Shown: positions 10,085-18,700 of the stretch, piece after piece
Layout: every line of letters begins with the position of its first letter
Position numbering within the stretch: the stretch's first letter is position 1
IMG/VR virus record: IMGVR_UViG_3300017417_000001
Span: 1-56,204 of that record
DNA length: 56,204 bases
Origin: a virus
Direction: 5' to 3' (one strand)
The notes under the pieces: model-generated
What the model saw: only the letters and a program-made list of their open reading frames with translations
The model's database searches: none
What the model was told of the DNA's origin: nothing
Translations under genes and position numbers: made by a program

Positions 10085-10491
10085 TGGACGGCTTTACCGA
10101 CGCACCGCAGCCTCAGACCGCCACGCAGCCGGCCGCCGCGCCGGCCCAGGCGCCCGCCAGCGGCAACGCCTGGACCATGAAGATCACGCTTGCTGAGCCG
10201 ATCGAGATCACGGATGCCGGTGGGCAGATCCTCCACAAGATCGAGGAACTGACCTTCCGCAAGCCCACCGCAATGGACATGATCGAGGTCGGCGGTAACC
10301 CCGTCTTTATGAACGTCTACTCCGACGATCCGTCGAGCACGATCCGATTCGATGGCAAGCAGATGAGCGCGATGATCGCGCGCTTGTCCGCGACGCCTCC
10401 ACCGTTCATCGCCAAGATGTCGCCAGCGGATTGGACCTACTGCGCCTGGCACCTGTCCGGTTTTTTTCTTCCGGCGCAGGCGAGGAGCTGA
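10084..10491 (+). CDS. Tail assembly chaperone, zero-frame product (gpG / P2 gpE-like)
   Basis: 135 aa between the tube and tape-measure genes, with a slippery T-run near its 3' end. Confidence 0.85.
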   Translation: MDGFTDAPQPQTATQPAAAPAQAPASGNAWTMKITLAEPIEITDAGGQILHKIEELTFRKPTAMDMIEVGGNPVFMNVYSDDPSSTIRFDGKQMSAMIARLSATPPPFIAKMSPADWTYCAWHLSGFFLPAQARS

Positions 10492-10637
10492 TCGTCGCCT
10501 GCCTGCGCCTCGCGATGATCTATCGGTGCGACCCTGCCAGCATGCTGTGCCGATCGCCCGAGTACATCGCGGCCCTCAACCGGCACACCCCCGACGTGCT
10601 CGAAGAGATGATCGAGGCCAAGCTCTATGGCGGATGA
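10084..10637 (+). CDS. Tail assembly chaperone, -1 frameshift fusion product (gpGT / E+E'-like)
   Basis: A -1 slip on T_TTT_TTT (10461-10467) joins ...HLSGFF to SSGAGEELIVACLRLAMIYRCDP...AKLYGG. The -1 frame ends at 10637 and overlaps the tape-measure start. Confidence 0.75.
10461..10467 (+). other. Programmed -1 ribosomal frameshift slippery heptamer T_TTT_TTT
   Basis: GGT TTT TTT CTT in the zero frame. The -1 frame is open for 56 further codons. Confidence 0.75.
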
Positions 10638-13284
10638 AGCCCTGCGCATGCAGGCGGAGGTCCAGGACAAATTCTCTGGTCCGCTCAAAGCCCTCCGCGC
10701 ACAGCTCCTCGACGTCACCCGGACCGGGGCCAATCACAGCGAGACGCTGGCGAAGGGCTTCAAGGGCGTCGAAGGCGCCATGCAGTCGACGGCGCGCACC
10801 GCATCGAGCCTGATCAACCCGGCCTTCGCCGCGCTCGGCGTGACAGGCCTCACCGCCGGCGCGGCCGTGGCCGGGATCTCGGCCGCGCTGAACAAGCTCA
10901 CCGGCAACCTGTCCGGCCTCGGGCAGCTCAGCCGCGAGACCGGCGTGGCGGCCAAGACGCTGCAGGAGTTCGGTGCGGTCGCGGGCCGGTTCGGGATCGA
11001 GCAGGATGCCGTCGCCAACGGCGCCCGGAACTTCGCCGCGCAGATGCGGCTGTTCTCGCGCAGCACCGGTGAGGCGTTCCAGTGGGTCGTCCGGCAGGGC
11101 ACGGACGCGGCCGGCCGCAAGGCCTTTCAGGATTTCGCCACCGACCTCCAGCGCACCACCGACGAGGGTGAGAAGCTCAAGAAGGCGCTCGCCTTCATGG
11201 AGACGATCCGCAACCCGGTGGAGCGGGGCATCTTCGCTCAGCAGTTCTTCGGCAACCAGGATCTCGGGCGCCTCGCGGACGGCCACCTCGGCAAGGTCGT
11301 CGACCTGTTCAAGAAGGCCCGGGAAAAAATCGGGGTGTTCAACCCCGACGACATCCTCAACGCTGACAAGTTCGACCGCTCGATCTCGGACCTGAAGGGG
11401 TCCATGTCCCGGTTCGGCCTGCTGATCGCGCGCGAATTGCTCGGACCGGCAACCCAGTTCACGACCTGGATCAACGAGCTTGTCTCCGACCAGCGCGGCG
11501 ACCTGCTGAAGGGCCTCCGCGAGGGCCTGGAGGGCGTCAAGAAAGAGCTCGGCGAGATCAACTTCAAGCAGGCCGGCGACGATGCCGTTGCCTTCCTGAA
11601 GGAGAGCACCGCGCTCGCAGGCTCCATGGCCCGGGCGTTCCACGAAGTCGCCGAGGCCATCCATGCGATCCGCGACGGCAATCCCGTCGCGGCGGCGCGC
11701 GGGCTCGACGGCGCCTCGGGACCTCTGGCCCGCAAGTTCGCGCCCCGAGTCGGCGATGACGAGATCGCGGCCCAGGAGGAAGTTGATCGGCTGCGCAAGC
11801 TGAAGGATCTGGCCAACGAAGCGCAGGGCCACTTCATCGGTCGCACGCAGCAGCGCCTGGGACTGATCGGAACGCCCGAGCAGGTCGGCAAGAACCTTGA
11901 AGACGCCGAGGCTCGCCTGAAGGCACTACAGGGCCGCACGCCGGAGCAACGGCAGAAGGACTTCGAATCGTCGGACAAGCTGCGGCGCTCTATCGACAGC
12001 CTGACCGACGAGATGAAGGCCAGCCGCGGCGGTGCCACCGTCCAGAAGCAGTCCATGGATACGCAGGGCGGCTTGTTCGGAGGCGCCACGATCCAGTCGG
12101 CGGCGTTTGGCGGCGGCGCCTTCCGGCGGCCGGGTGGGCTTGGAGGCGGGGGCTACGGCGGCGGCGCGAACCTGCCGGGCGGCGGATCTGGCCCTGGCTA
12201 TGGCGGCGAGCAGGGGCCAGCTGGCGGCGGTCTTGGTCGACGCTTCGGTGGTGGTGGGCGTTTTAATCCCCTTGGCGGCGGGTCGGTGACGCAAATACCC
12301 GGTGCTCCTCCAGGAAGTCCGGGTAGTGCTGCGACTGCGGTTCAACCGCCGCCGGGAGGATATCCGGGCATCTCTGCCCGCGACATGAAAAACGTTAACC
12401 CCGAGATGGCGGAGTATATTCGTCAATCGGCCATTGCGAACGGTATTGACCCAAACGTCGCGCTGCGTATCGCAAATAGCGAAGGACTTAGGGGCTCTAT
12501 CCCCGGCGTGAGGAACACGCCTGGTGATAAGGGGACCAGCTTCGGCCCGTTCCAACTACACTACGGATCCAACATCCCGGGGCTTACTCTTAAAGGACTT
12601 GGGGATCGGTACACCCGCGAAACGGGCCATCATGCGAGCGACCCTAAATACTGGAAAGAGCAAATCGATTTTGCTTTACGCACTGCCCGCAAAGAGGGTT
12701 GGGGCGCTTGGCACGGCCGGATTGGTGCACGCATTGGTCTGCGAGATGGCATCGGCACTGTACGACCGGTTCCAATCCCGGAACAGCGCACCCCTACCGC
12801 GACTCGCGGCGATGGCGGCGACGCTAATTTTCTCCCTAATGGCGCCCCACGTGTCCTGAAGCCTAGCAGCATGAAGGATGCCCCGGGTCTCACGATGGAC
12901 GAGGCAGACCGGCAGCGCGGGAGTCTGAAAAGCGGTTTCGTCCGACGCGCTGAGATGCTGGCCGATCCGAACGACGAGCGCCGCCAGGGTGAGAAGCCGT
13001 TCTACTCCGAGGAGGATGATCGACGGGCTGCGCGAGATCTCGGCATCGCCCTGCGAGCTACTCGGGCCAAGCAGGAGGCCCAGCGAGAGCAAATGCGCCT
13101 AGACGGCGCTCGAGTTGGCGCCGCGGCCGCGCAGGCCGGTGTGGTCGGACCGAATGTGAACGGCAGTGTGACGACGGTCATTGAGAAAGCGGGCCCCGAG
13201 GCGCGGGCGAAGACCAGCGTGAACGGTAACCTCTTCCAGGAGGTCCGGACCCAGAACGGGTCACAGATGCGGAAGGCGGATTAA
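10627..13284 (+). CDS. Tape measure protein with glycine-rich linker and embedded lytic-transglycosylase-like domain
   Basis: 885 aa and largely helical. It has a Gly-rich stretch (GGLGGGGYGGGANLPGGGSGPGYGG) followed by SLT-like motifs (IANSEGL, GPFQLHY). The position after the chaperone genes fits a tape measure. Confidence 0.88.
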   Translation: MADEALRMQAEVQDKFSGPLKALRAQLLDVTRTGANHSETLAKGFKGVEGAMQSTARTASSLINPAFAALGVTGLTAGAAVAGISAALNKLTGNLSGLGQLSRETGVAAKTLQEFGAVAGRFGIEQDAVANGARNFAAQMRLFSRSTGEAFQWVVRQGTDAAGRKAFQDFATDLQRTTDEGEKLKKALAFMETIRNPVERGIFAQQFFGNQDLGRLADGHLGKVVDLFKKAREKIGVFNPDDILNADKFDRSISDLKGSMSRFGLLIARELLGPATQFTTWINELVSDQRGDLLKGLREGLEGVKKELGEINFKQAGDDAVAFLKESTALAGSMARAFHEVAEAIHAIRDGNPVAAARGLDGASGPLARKFAPRVGDDEIAAQEEVDRLRKLKDLANEAQGHFIGRTQQRLGLIGTPEQVGKNLEDAEARLKALQGRTPEQRQKDFESSDKLRRSIDSLTDEMKASRGGATVQKQSMDTQGGLFGGATIQSAAFGGGAFRRPGGLGGGGYGGGANLPGGGSGPGYGGEQGPAGGGLGRRFGGGGRFNPLGGGSVTQIPGAPPGSPGSAATAVQPPPGGYPGISARDMKNVNPEMAEYIRQSAIANGIDPNVALRIANSEGLRGSIPGVRNTPGDKGTSFGPFQLHYGSNIPGLTLKGLGDRYTRETGHHASDPKYWKEQIDFALRTARKEGWGAWHGRIGARIGLRDGIGTVRPVPIPEQRTPTATRGDGGDANFLPNGAPRVLKPSSMKDAPGLTMDEADRQRGSLKSGFVRRAEMLADPNDERRQGEKPFYSEEDDRRAARDLGIALRATRAKQEAQREQMRLDGARVGAAAAQAGVVGPNVNGSVTTVIEKAGPEARAKTSVNGNLFQEVRTQNGSQMRKAD

Positions 13285-13629
13285 TCACGCTCCGCAATTT
13301 GGAATTTTAGGAAGCGGCGCACGGCGGCTGACCTTATCAATCAAACTGTCAACCGCCTCACCGATCGTCCGCCGTGGCTTGCCGCGGCACTCAGCTTTAA
13401 TGTAGTCGCCAATATTACAAGCGCTACCTAGCTGCTCAGTCACCGGGCCGCGCTCCATTATGTAATTGATTGCCGGGTCGATAACCTCGGCATACCGTTG
13501 GGTGCCATAGATCTTGGGCAGCACCGCGCATGTGTAGGCGGACACCTCGGCATAGGACGGTCCTGTGTCCTGAGCGGTCGCGCCGCCAGCAGCAACGACG
13601 AAGGCGAAGGTGGCGAGAATCCTGCGCAT
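13285..13629 (-). CDS. Small secreted cysteine-containing protein (moron gene 2)
   Basis: The start at MRRILATFAFVVAAGGATAQD gives a Sec-type signal peptide, and the protein has four Cys. A TAATG overlap couples it to the upstream minus-strand gene. G+C is lower than in the flanks. Confidence 0.65.
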   Translation of the reverse strand: MRRILATFAFVVAAGGATAQDTGPSYAEVSAYTCAVLPKIYGTQRYAEVIDPAINYIMERGPVTEQLGSACNIGDYIKAECRGKPRRTIGEAVDSLIDKVSRRAPLPKIPNCGA

Positions 13630-14441
13630 TAGTTTACTGCTTTCTGATGCTGGCGAGCCCACGTTTGAAAATCAGTTTCATTAGCCCATGTATGCGGCGT
13701 ATCATTGACGCGTGAGACGACAGCGCCATTTGAAAAAACATAATATAGGTAACCAGCATAAGTACCCTGATTGATTACGCTTCCGGTGCCATGGTTCCCA
13801 ACGCGGGTAGCAATTTCTAGCGCCGCGGGGGCAGTGTTCTTAAAGGGCGTCTCAGATATTTGGCCGTCAGCCCAAGTTCGGAATGCGTACATGCTCGGAA
13901 AGGCTTCTGTTCCAGACGGGGTATGCGCCGTCACGCTATGGTCGGAGCAGACCACATAGCGGACACCCTTGTAGCTCTCAGTTGGTGTAGCGGGGGCTGT
14001 GAGCTGTGGGGTCGTGGTTGAAGCGCCAATGCGGCTCGCCACGAAATCAACAGCCTCCCATTCGGCCCAGAAGCGGCGCCTCTCGCCATTAACATTGGCT
14101 TCGTAGACCATGCGGTTTGAGAACGCTGGTTTGAAACGCCGAATGTGAGAGCGGCAACGGGCGTTAAATTCGGGGTCCCCAGATGCGCCCTGCCGAGCAG
14201 AAATCGTCTGCAGTAGGGCCTTGTGCTGGCGATCCTGCTTCGCCCCATTGGCCGACCACATGCCGATGAACAGCGCGATGAACCACAGAACGACGCCCGG
14301 CAGGACCAGGAAGGGCAGAGCAAAGGCTGCGCAGACACAAAGTAGGCCAACCCCTATGGCCGCTGCGATCCGGCCCTGGGAGAGCGGTAGCAGCGCTGGC
14401 AGGAAAGCCAGCACGAACATCACAACGGCAGCACCGGTCAT
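13629..14441 (-). CDS. Membrane protein with 2-3 N-terminal TM helices and a triplicated C-terminal motif of about 35 aa (moron gene 1)
   Basis: 270-aa ORF on the strand opposite the structural operon. The hydrophobic N-terminus reads VVMFVLAFLPALLPL..IGVGLLCVCAAFALPFLVLPGVVLWFIALFIGMW. Three related segments end in ..FVASR, ..FRTWADG and ..FQTWARQ. Confidence 0.7.
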   Translation of the reverse strand: MTGAAVVMFVLAFLPALLPLSQGRIAAAIGVGLLCVCAAFALPFLVLPGVVLWFIALFIGMWSANGAKQDRQHKALLQTISARQGASGDPEFNARCRSHIRRFKPAFSNRMVYEANVNGERRRFWAEWEAVDFVASRIGASTTTPQLTAPATPTESYKGVRYVVCSDHSVTAHTPSGTEAFPSMYAFRTWADGQISETPFKNTAPAALEIATRVGNHGTGSVINQGTYAGYLYYVFSNGAVVSRVNDTPHTWANETDFQTWARQHQKAVN

Positions 14442-14497
14442 CGCGCGTCCTTATAGCGAAGCTGCAATCTACCTATGGTTAGGTGCGAGTCGAGAGC

Positions 14498-15016
14498 ATG
14501 GCTGATAGCCCCTGGCGCGACCGCCTCCGCCCGGCCTCCTTCCGTGGAGCCGTGTTCTACGTCGAGGTCGGCGCCCGGTCCGGCGGCCGGCGTATCGCGC
14601 CGCACGAGTTCCCAAAGCGCGACACGCCGTACCCGGAAGATATGGGCCGGAAGGGACGCTCGTTCGCCGTCACGGCCTACTGCGTCGGCCCGGACTACCA
14701 GGACCAGCGCGATGACCTGATCTTCGAACTGGAGACCGAGGGCGTCGGCACGCTGGTCCACCCAACCTACGGCGAGTTCGAGGTCAAGAACGGCGTCTTC
14801 AACCTCGTCGAGCGCCGCGAGCGCGGCGGCTACTGCGAGATCGAGATCCCGTTCTTCGAGGCGGGCGAGGACGCGGCCTTCACGGTCTCCGACGCGACCC
14901 AGAACCAGGTGCAGATGAGCGCTGACGGGGCTGAGCAGGCGGTTGCCGCCGGCGGCGATCAGGGACTGTACGCGCTGCGAGATCCCAATCGACCGCTGAC
15001 CGGAGGGGGCGCCTAG
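14498..15016 (+). CDS. Mu gpN-like DNA circulation protein, N-terminal part
   Basis: WRDRLRPASFRGAVFYVE..GGRRIAPHEFPKRDTPYPEDMG matches the DNA_circ_N signature. It ends at a TAG that is followed directly by an in-frame ATG. Confidence 0.8.
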   Translation: MADSPWRDRLRPASFRGAVFYVEVGARSGGRRIAPHEFPKRDTPYPEDMGRKGRSFAVTAYCVGPDYQDQRDDLIFELETEGVGTLVHPTYGEFEVKNGVFNLVERRERGGYCEIEIPFFEAGEDAAFTVSDATQNQVQMSADGAEQAVAAGGDQGLYALRDPNRPLTGGGA

Positions 15017-15691
15017 ATGAGCCTGCGGCGCGACAAGCCGACCCTCGACCTGATCGGCGCTGTCCTCGACGCCATCCTGGCGTTCAGCGGCGCCGAGAAC
15101 CTGGCGGCGGCCGGTGCCGATCTCGACGCGGCCGTCGGGGATCTGCGCGCGGATGCCCAAGGCCTACTCCGGCAGGCCGCTCTATTCACCCCGCTGGCCC
15201 GATGCTTCAGCCTCGCCCAGCAGACCGGCATGACGGTCGACACGATGGAGCGGCTGCGCGCGACGATCGCGGGGCTGTCTACCGCGGACGCCCGGGCGGC
15301 CCTGGTCCAATCCCGCAGCCAGATGTTCTGCTGCATCCAGGAAGCCCGGATCACCGCGGCGACCACCTACACCAGCCGCAACGAGGTGGACCGGGTGCTC
15401 GGTCTCGTGGCGGCGGCCTTCGATTTGTCTCAGAGCGCGGCGGCAGATGCCGGCGACGCCGCCGGCTACCGCGCCTTGGTGGGGCTCCGCGCCGCCATGG
15501 TGCGGGACCTGACGGATCGATCCCGGCCGCTGCCGAAACTCGTGACCTACACCTTCGGGCGCATACGCTCGTCGCTCACCCTGGCGCAGCGCCTCTATGG
15601 CGATGCCGGCCGGGCCGACGAGATCATCGCCGAAAACGAGATCGTGCATCCTCTGTTCGCCCCGCGCGCCGGGCGCGCGCTGTCGGCCTGA
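15017..15691 (+). CDS. Mu gpN-like protein, C-terminal part (separate ORF)
   Basis: 224-aa ORF that starts at the codon after the TAG of the previous ORF, in the same frame. The two parts together have the size of a typical gpN. Confidence 0.7.
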   Translation: MSLRRDKPTLDLIGAVLDAILAFSGAENLAAAGADLDAAVGDLRADAQGLLRQAALFTPLARCFSLAQQTGMTVDTMERLRATIAGLSTADARAALVQSRSQMFCCIQEARITAATTYTSRNEVDRVLGLVAAAFDLSQSAAADAGDAAGYRALVGLRAAMVRDLTDRSRPLPKLVTYTFGRIRSSLTLAQRLYGDAGRADEIIAENEIVHPLFAPRAGRALSA

Positions 15692-15700
15692 GGATCCGCG

Positions 15701-16801
15701 ATGCCGAAACCGACAGAGGTCGCTGAGATCGCGGTCAACGGGCAGCGGTACTCGAATTTCGAGACTGTGAGCGTGTCCCGGTCCGGCGTTGATCCCTTCC
15801 CGAAATTCGCCTTCACCGCCGCCTCGCCGATCGAGAGCGCGCCGAACTGGGCGGGCATGAAGCTCGGGATCGGCGACGAATGCGAGGTGATCCTCGGCGG
15901 CCGGCAGGCGATCTCGAAGGGGCGAATCACCGGCCGGCAGCCGGCCTACGACGCGCAGCAGCATGGCCTGCAGATCATCGGCACGACCAACTCGGCGACC
16001 GTGGTCCGGGCGACGGTCGACCACAACAAGGGCGAGTACAAGGGCTACACCCTGTCGCAGATCGCGAACGCCGCGCTGAAGCCCTACGGGACCAAGTTCT
16101 CGACCAAGGGCGACACGGCCGGCATGGACAAGCCCTTCGAGAAGGTTGCGGTCCAGTTCGGCGAGACGGTGTTCGCGTTCATCGAGCGCCTCTGCCGGAT
16201 GCGGAACGCCTACATCCTCTGCGACAAGAATGGGGACCTCGTCGGCTACCGGCTCGACAACGCGGCGAAGACGATTGCGGACCTCCAAGAGGGCCGGAAC
16301 ATCCTCGCGGCCTCGGCCAACTTCAATTACGAGGGCGCGCTCAGCGAGATCCAGACGCAGGGCCAGCGGCCCGGCAACGATCAGCGCTTCGGCGACGCGG
16401 CGCGCGACCAGTCCGCGACCGTGAAGAACTCATCGGTCAAGCAGCATGTGCCCTTGGTGTTCGCGGCCGAGATGCCGGGCGACCAGGCCGAGATGCGCAT
16501 GCGGGCGCAGCACGAGAACGGCTACAACCTCGCAGATCAGCTCACGGTGCAGATCACCGTGCAGGGCTGGTTCCGAGACGAGAACAGTCTCTGGCTCGAG
16601 CACGTCGGCGACCCAGTCTCCGTCTACTCGCCCATGCTGTTCACGAACGACCGGCTCAACCTCGCCATTCAGGCGGTGAACTCGACTCAGGGACCGGCCG
16701 GTACGCTCTCGCAGCTCACCCTAGTCCTGCCTGGCGCCTACAACGGCGGCGATCAGGTGCAGACCGGCGGCACACCACCCGGCCTCTACGGTGCTGCATG
16801 A
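15701..16801 (+). CDS. Baseplate hub / tail protein, Mu gpP / P2 gpD-like
   Basis: 366 aa in the Mu gene order N-P-45. The patterns AEIAVNGQRYSNFETVSV, GETVFAFIERLCRMRNAYI and LCDKNGDLV fit this family. Confidence 0.8.
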   Translation: MPKPTEVAEIAVNGQRYSNFETVSVSRSGVDPFPKFAFTAASPIESAPNWAGMKLGIGDECEVILGGRQAISKGRITGRQPAYDAQQHGLQIIGTTNSATVVRATVDHNKGEYKGYTLSQIANAALKPYGTKFSTKGDTAGMDKPFEKVAVQFGETVFAFIERLCRMRNAYILCDKNGDLVGYRLDNAAKTIADLQEGRNILAASANFNYEGALSEIQTQGQRPGNDQRFGDAARDQSATVKNSSVKQHVPLVFAAEMPGDQAEMRMRAQHENGYNLADQLTVQITVQGWFRDENSLWLEHVGDPVSVYSPMLFTNDRLNLAIQAVNSTQGPAGTLSQLTLVLPGAYNGGDQVQTGGTPPGLYGAA

Positions 16802-18018
16802 ACCGCACAACGACGCGCACGTCCGGCGATCGCGTGGTGGCGAGCCTCTCCCGGGGCATCATCACCACGATCAACGACAGCCCCTTTATGCAGGAGCTTG
16901 GCGTTCGGATCCGCGACCAGCAGGATCTCACCGACGTCGAGCACTGGCATTCAGCGGGCGTCACCCACTATCCGATGCCTCCGGATGCGAAAGGCGCGGC
17001 CGAGATCATCCTCGCTACGCTGACCGGCAACACCTCACACCCGATCGCGCTGCCCGGCGCCGACCGCCGGTTCCGCCCGAACGGGATGAAGCCCGGCGAC
17101 ACGGCAGTGGCCGACGCCAACAAGCAGACGATCCATCTCGGCCCGGTCAGTGTGGTCCTGGACAGCCCCAAGCGCTTCGACCTGCGGGTGACCGCAGACC
17201 AGGGCGCGGGGCAGGCCAAGAACCAGGGCGCCAACCTCACCGCCGAGAAGAAACCCTCGACCACGATCACCGGCAAGGCGGCCGGCACGCTGGCCACGAC
17301 ATCGACGGACGCGACCACCGTCACCGGCAAATCAGTCGGTGTGACCGCCGGGACAAAGCCCGAGACCGCCGGCAATCACGAGCTCAATCAGCAGCTCAAG
17401 GGTGTCGTCGCGCAGCTGACGCAACTGAAGGATTCGCACCACGCGCTGTTCGACGTAGTCTCGAAGCTGCGGATGAACGTCGAGAGCGTCGTGCCGGCGC
17501 TCGTACCGATCAACGCGACCGCGCAGGTCACGGCGGCGCTCAGCGGCTCGCCTACGGGCCTCGATGTCATGAAGGCGCTCGCGTCGGGCCAGTTGCAGGG
17601 CTACTTTCAGAACGCGATCAAGACGGCGCTGCAGGACTTCCTCAACCCGGCCCGCATGCTCGCCGCGGCCAGTGTCATGTCGGGTGGCGTAGAGGGCCTG
17701 ATCGCGCAGGCCCAAGCGCAGATCGCCGACCTGATCGCTCAGAACCCTGTGGCGGCGCAAGTAGACGGCCTGCTCTCTCGGATCGAGGCGCTCGGCGACG
17801 CTCCGCTGGCCCCGGACATCGCATGCGCCGCGGCGGCGGTCCTCCAGGCGCAGGTCGACTACCTGGCCCGGCAGAACCCGGTCGTGGCGCAGGTGCGGCA
17901 GCTGCGTGGCGCGCTTCAGGCGCTGATCAACGGGGCCGGGCCCGGTCTCGGCTTCCTCGCCCCGCAGCAGCGGCTCGTTCAGGGCCTCACCCGGTCGATG
18001 CTGTTCAGCCAGAGCTGA
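16798..18018 (+). CDS. Baseplate spike, Mu gp45 / gpV-like, with long helical C-terminal extension
   Basis: The ATG at 16798 forms an ATGA overlap with the upstream stop. The gp45 signature is ITTINDSPFMQELGVRI...HPIALPGADRRFRPNGMKPGDTAV. The 5' part of track ORF 15880..18018 is an overlapping shadow frame. Confidence 0.8.
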   Translation: MNRTTTRTSGDRVVASLSRGIITTINDSPFMQELGVRIRDQQDLTDVEHWHSAGVTHYPMPPDAKGAAEIILATLTGNTSHPIALPGADRRFRPNGMKPGDTAVADANKQTIHLGPVSVVLDSPKRFDLRVTADQGAGQAKNQGANLTAEKKPSTTITGKAAGTLATTSTDATTVTGKSVGVTAGTKPETAGNHELNQQLKGVVAQLTQLKDSHHALFDVVSKLRMNVESVVPALVPINATAQVTAALSGSPTGLDVMKALASGQLQGYFQNAIKTALQDFLNPARMLAAASVMSGGVEGLIAQAQAQIADLIAQNPVAAQVDGLLSRIEALGDAPLAPDIACAAAAVLQAQVDYLARQNPVVAQVRQLRGALQALINGAGPGLGFLAPQQRLVQGLTRSMLFSQS

Positions 18019-18026
18019 GGACGTTC

Positions 18027-18515
18027 GTGATCGACGCCGGCAACATCCATTCCCGCCGTGCGGTGACGCGCGAGTGGCTTCTGACCCCCGTGGATCAGCG
18101 CGACCCGTCCCTCGACTTGGTCGATTGCGTCGTGGTTGCTCTGGGCACGGATCGGCTGGCTCGAGCCGACGACGCTCTGCCGGTCCAGGGCGACACCGAC
18201 CGCCGGGGTTGGTGGGGCGATCTGGACGCCGCCGGTATTCGCGACGGCTGGCCGATCGGCTCACGTCTGTGGCTGCTCCAGCGGGTGACGATCACCGGCG
18301 CCGAGGCGCGCCAGGGCAGCACGGTCGCCCGGGCGGAGGACTACACCCGGGAGTGCCTCCAGCCCTTCGTGCAGAAGGGCGTGGCGTCCCGGCTCAGCGT
18401 GGTCGGCGAGCGGCTCAAGGTCGAGGGCATCGACGTGAAGGCGACCCTCTTCCGGGGAGACCTGCCGGCGATCGAGCTGCGATACGCGACCCTGTGGAAC
18501 GGGATCAGAGCATGA
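18027..18515 (+). CDS. Baseplate protein, Mu gp46-like
   Basis: GTG start. GDTDRRGWWGD..GSRLWLL...T is typical of the GP46 family, and the gene order fits. Confidence 0.75.
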   Translation: MIDAGNIHSRRAVTREWLLTPVDQRDPSLDLVDCVVVALGTDRLARADDALPVQGDTDRRGWWGDLDAAGIRDGWPIGSRLWLLQRVTITGAEARQGSTVARAEDYTRECLQPFVQKGVASRLSVVGERLKVEGIDVKATLFRGDLPAIELRYATLWNGIRA

Positions 18516-18697
18516 CGCAGAGCACGCCTCGCAACCGTACCTTCGGGTGGGTGTTGCGCGTCATCCTTTCGAGCCTAGCGCTCGAACTGACCTACCGTCT
18601 CGCGCCCTCGGACGCCGGGCAGTTCCGCGCCGCAATCCTCGAGGCCGAAGTTGCCATGCGTCGCGACTCCAATCTGCCTGAGCGTCAGGCGGCCTGA
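18512..18697 (+). CDS. Small hypothetical protein
   Basis: 61-aa ORF with an ATGA overlap, lying between the gp46-like and gp47-like genes. Confidence 0.4.
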   Translation: MTQSTPRNRTFGWVLRVILSSLALELTYRLAPSDAGQFRAAILEAEVAMRRDSNLPERQAA

Positions 18698-18700
18698 AGC

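Noticed and set aside
14442-14497. A promoter for the minus-strand moron pair (TATAAG 8 nt upstream of the ATG at 14441).
   Set aside because: No acceptable -35 element lies at a 16-18-nt spacing, and a start site that close would give an almost leaderless mRNA. It cannot be supported from sequence alone.
15014-15016. TAG reassignment (an amber-recoded phage) as the explanation for the in-frame stop splitting gpN.
   Set aside because: TAG terminates several well-supported genes here at sensible lengths (the repressor, the MT-A70 methyltransferase, the GcrA-like gene and the 25818..26270 ORF), so genome-wide recoding is unlikely.
15880-18515. Track ORFs 15880..18018 (712 aa) and 16791..18515 (574 aa), considered as single large proteins.
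   Set aside because: Only the 3' parts carry real signatures (Mu gp45-like from the ATG at 16798; gp46-like from the GTG at 18027). The 5' parts overlap the gpP-like and gp45-like genes in other frames and look like off-frame sequence.
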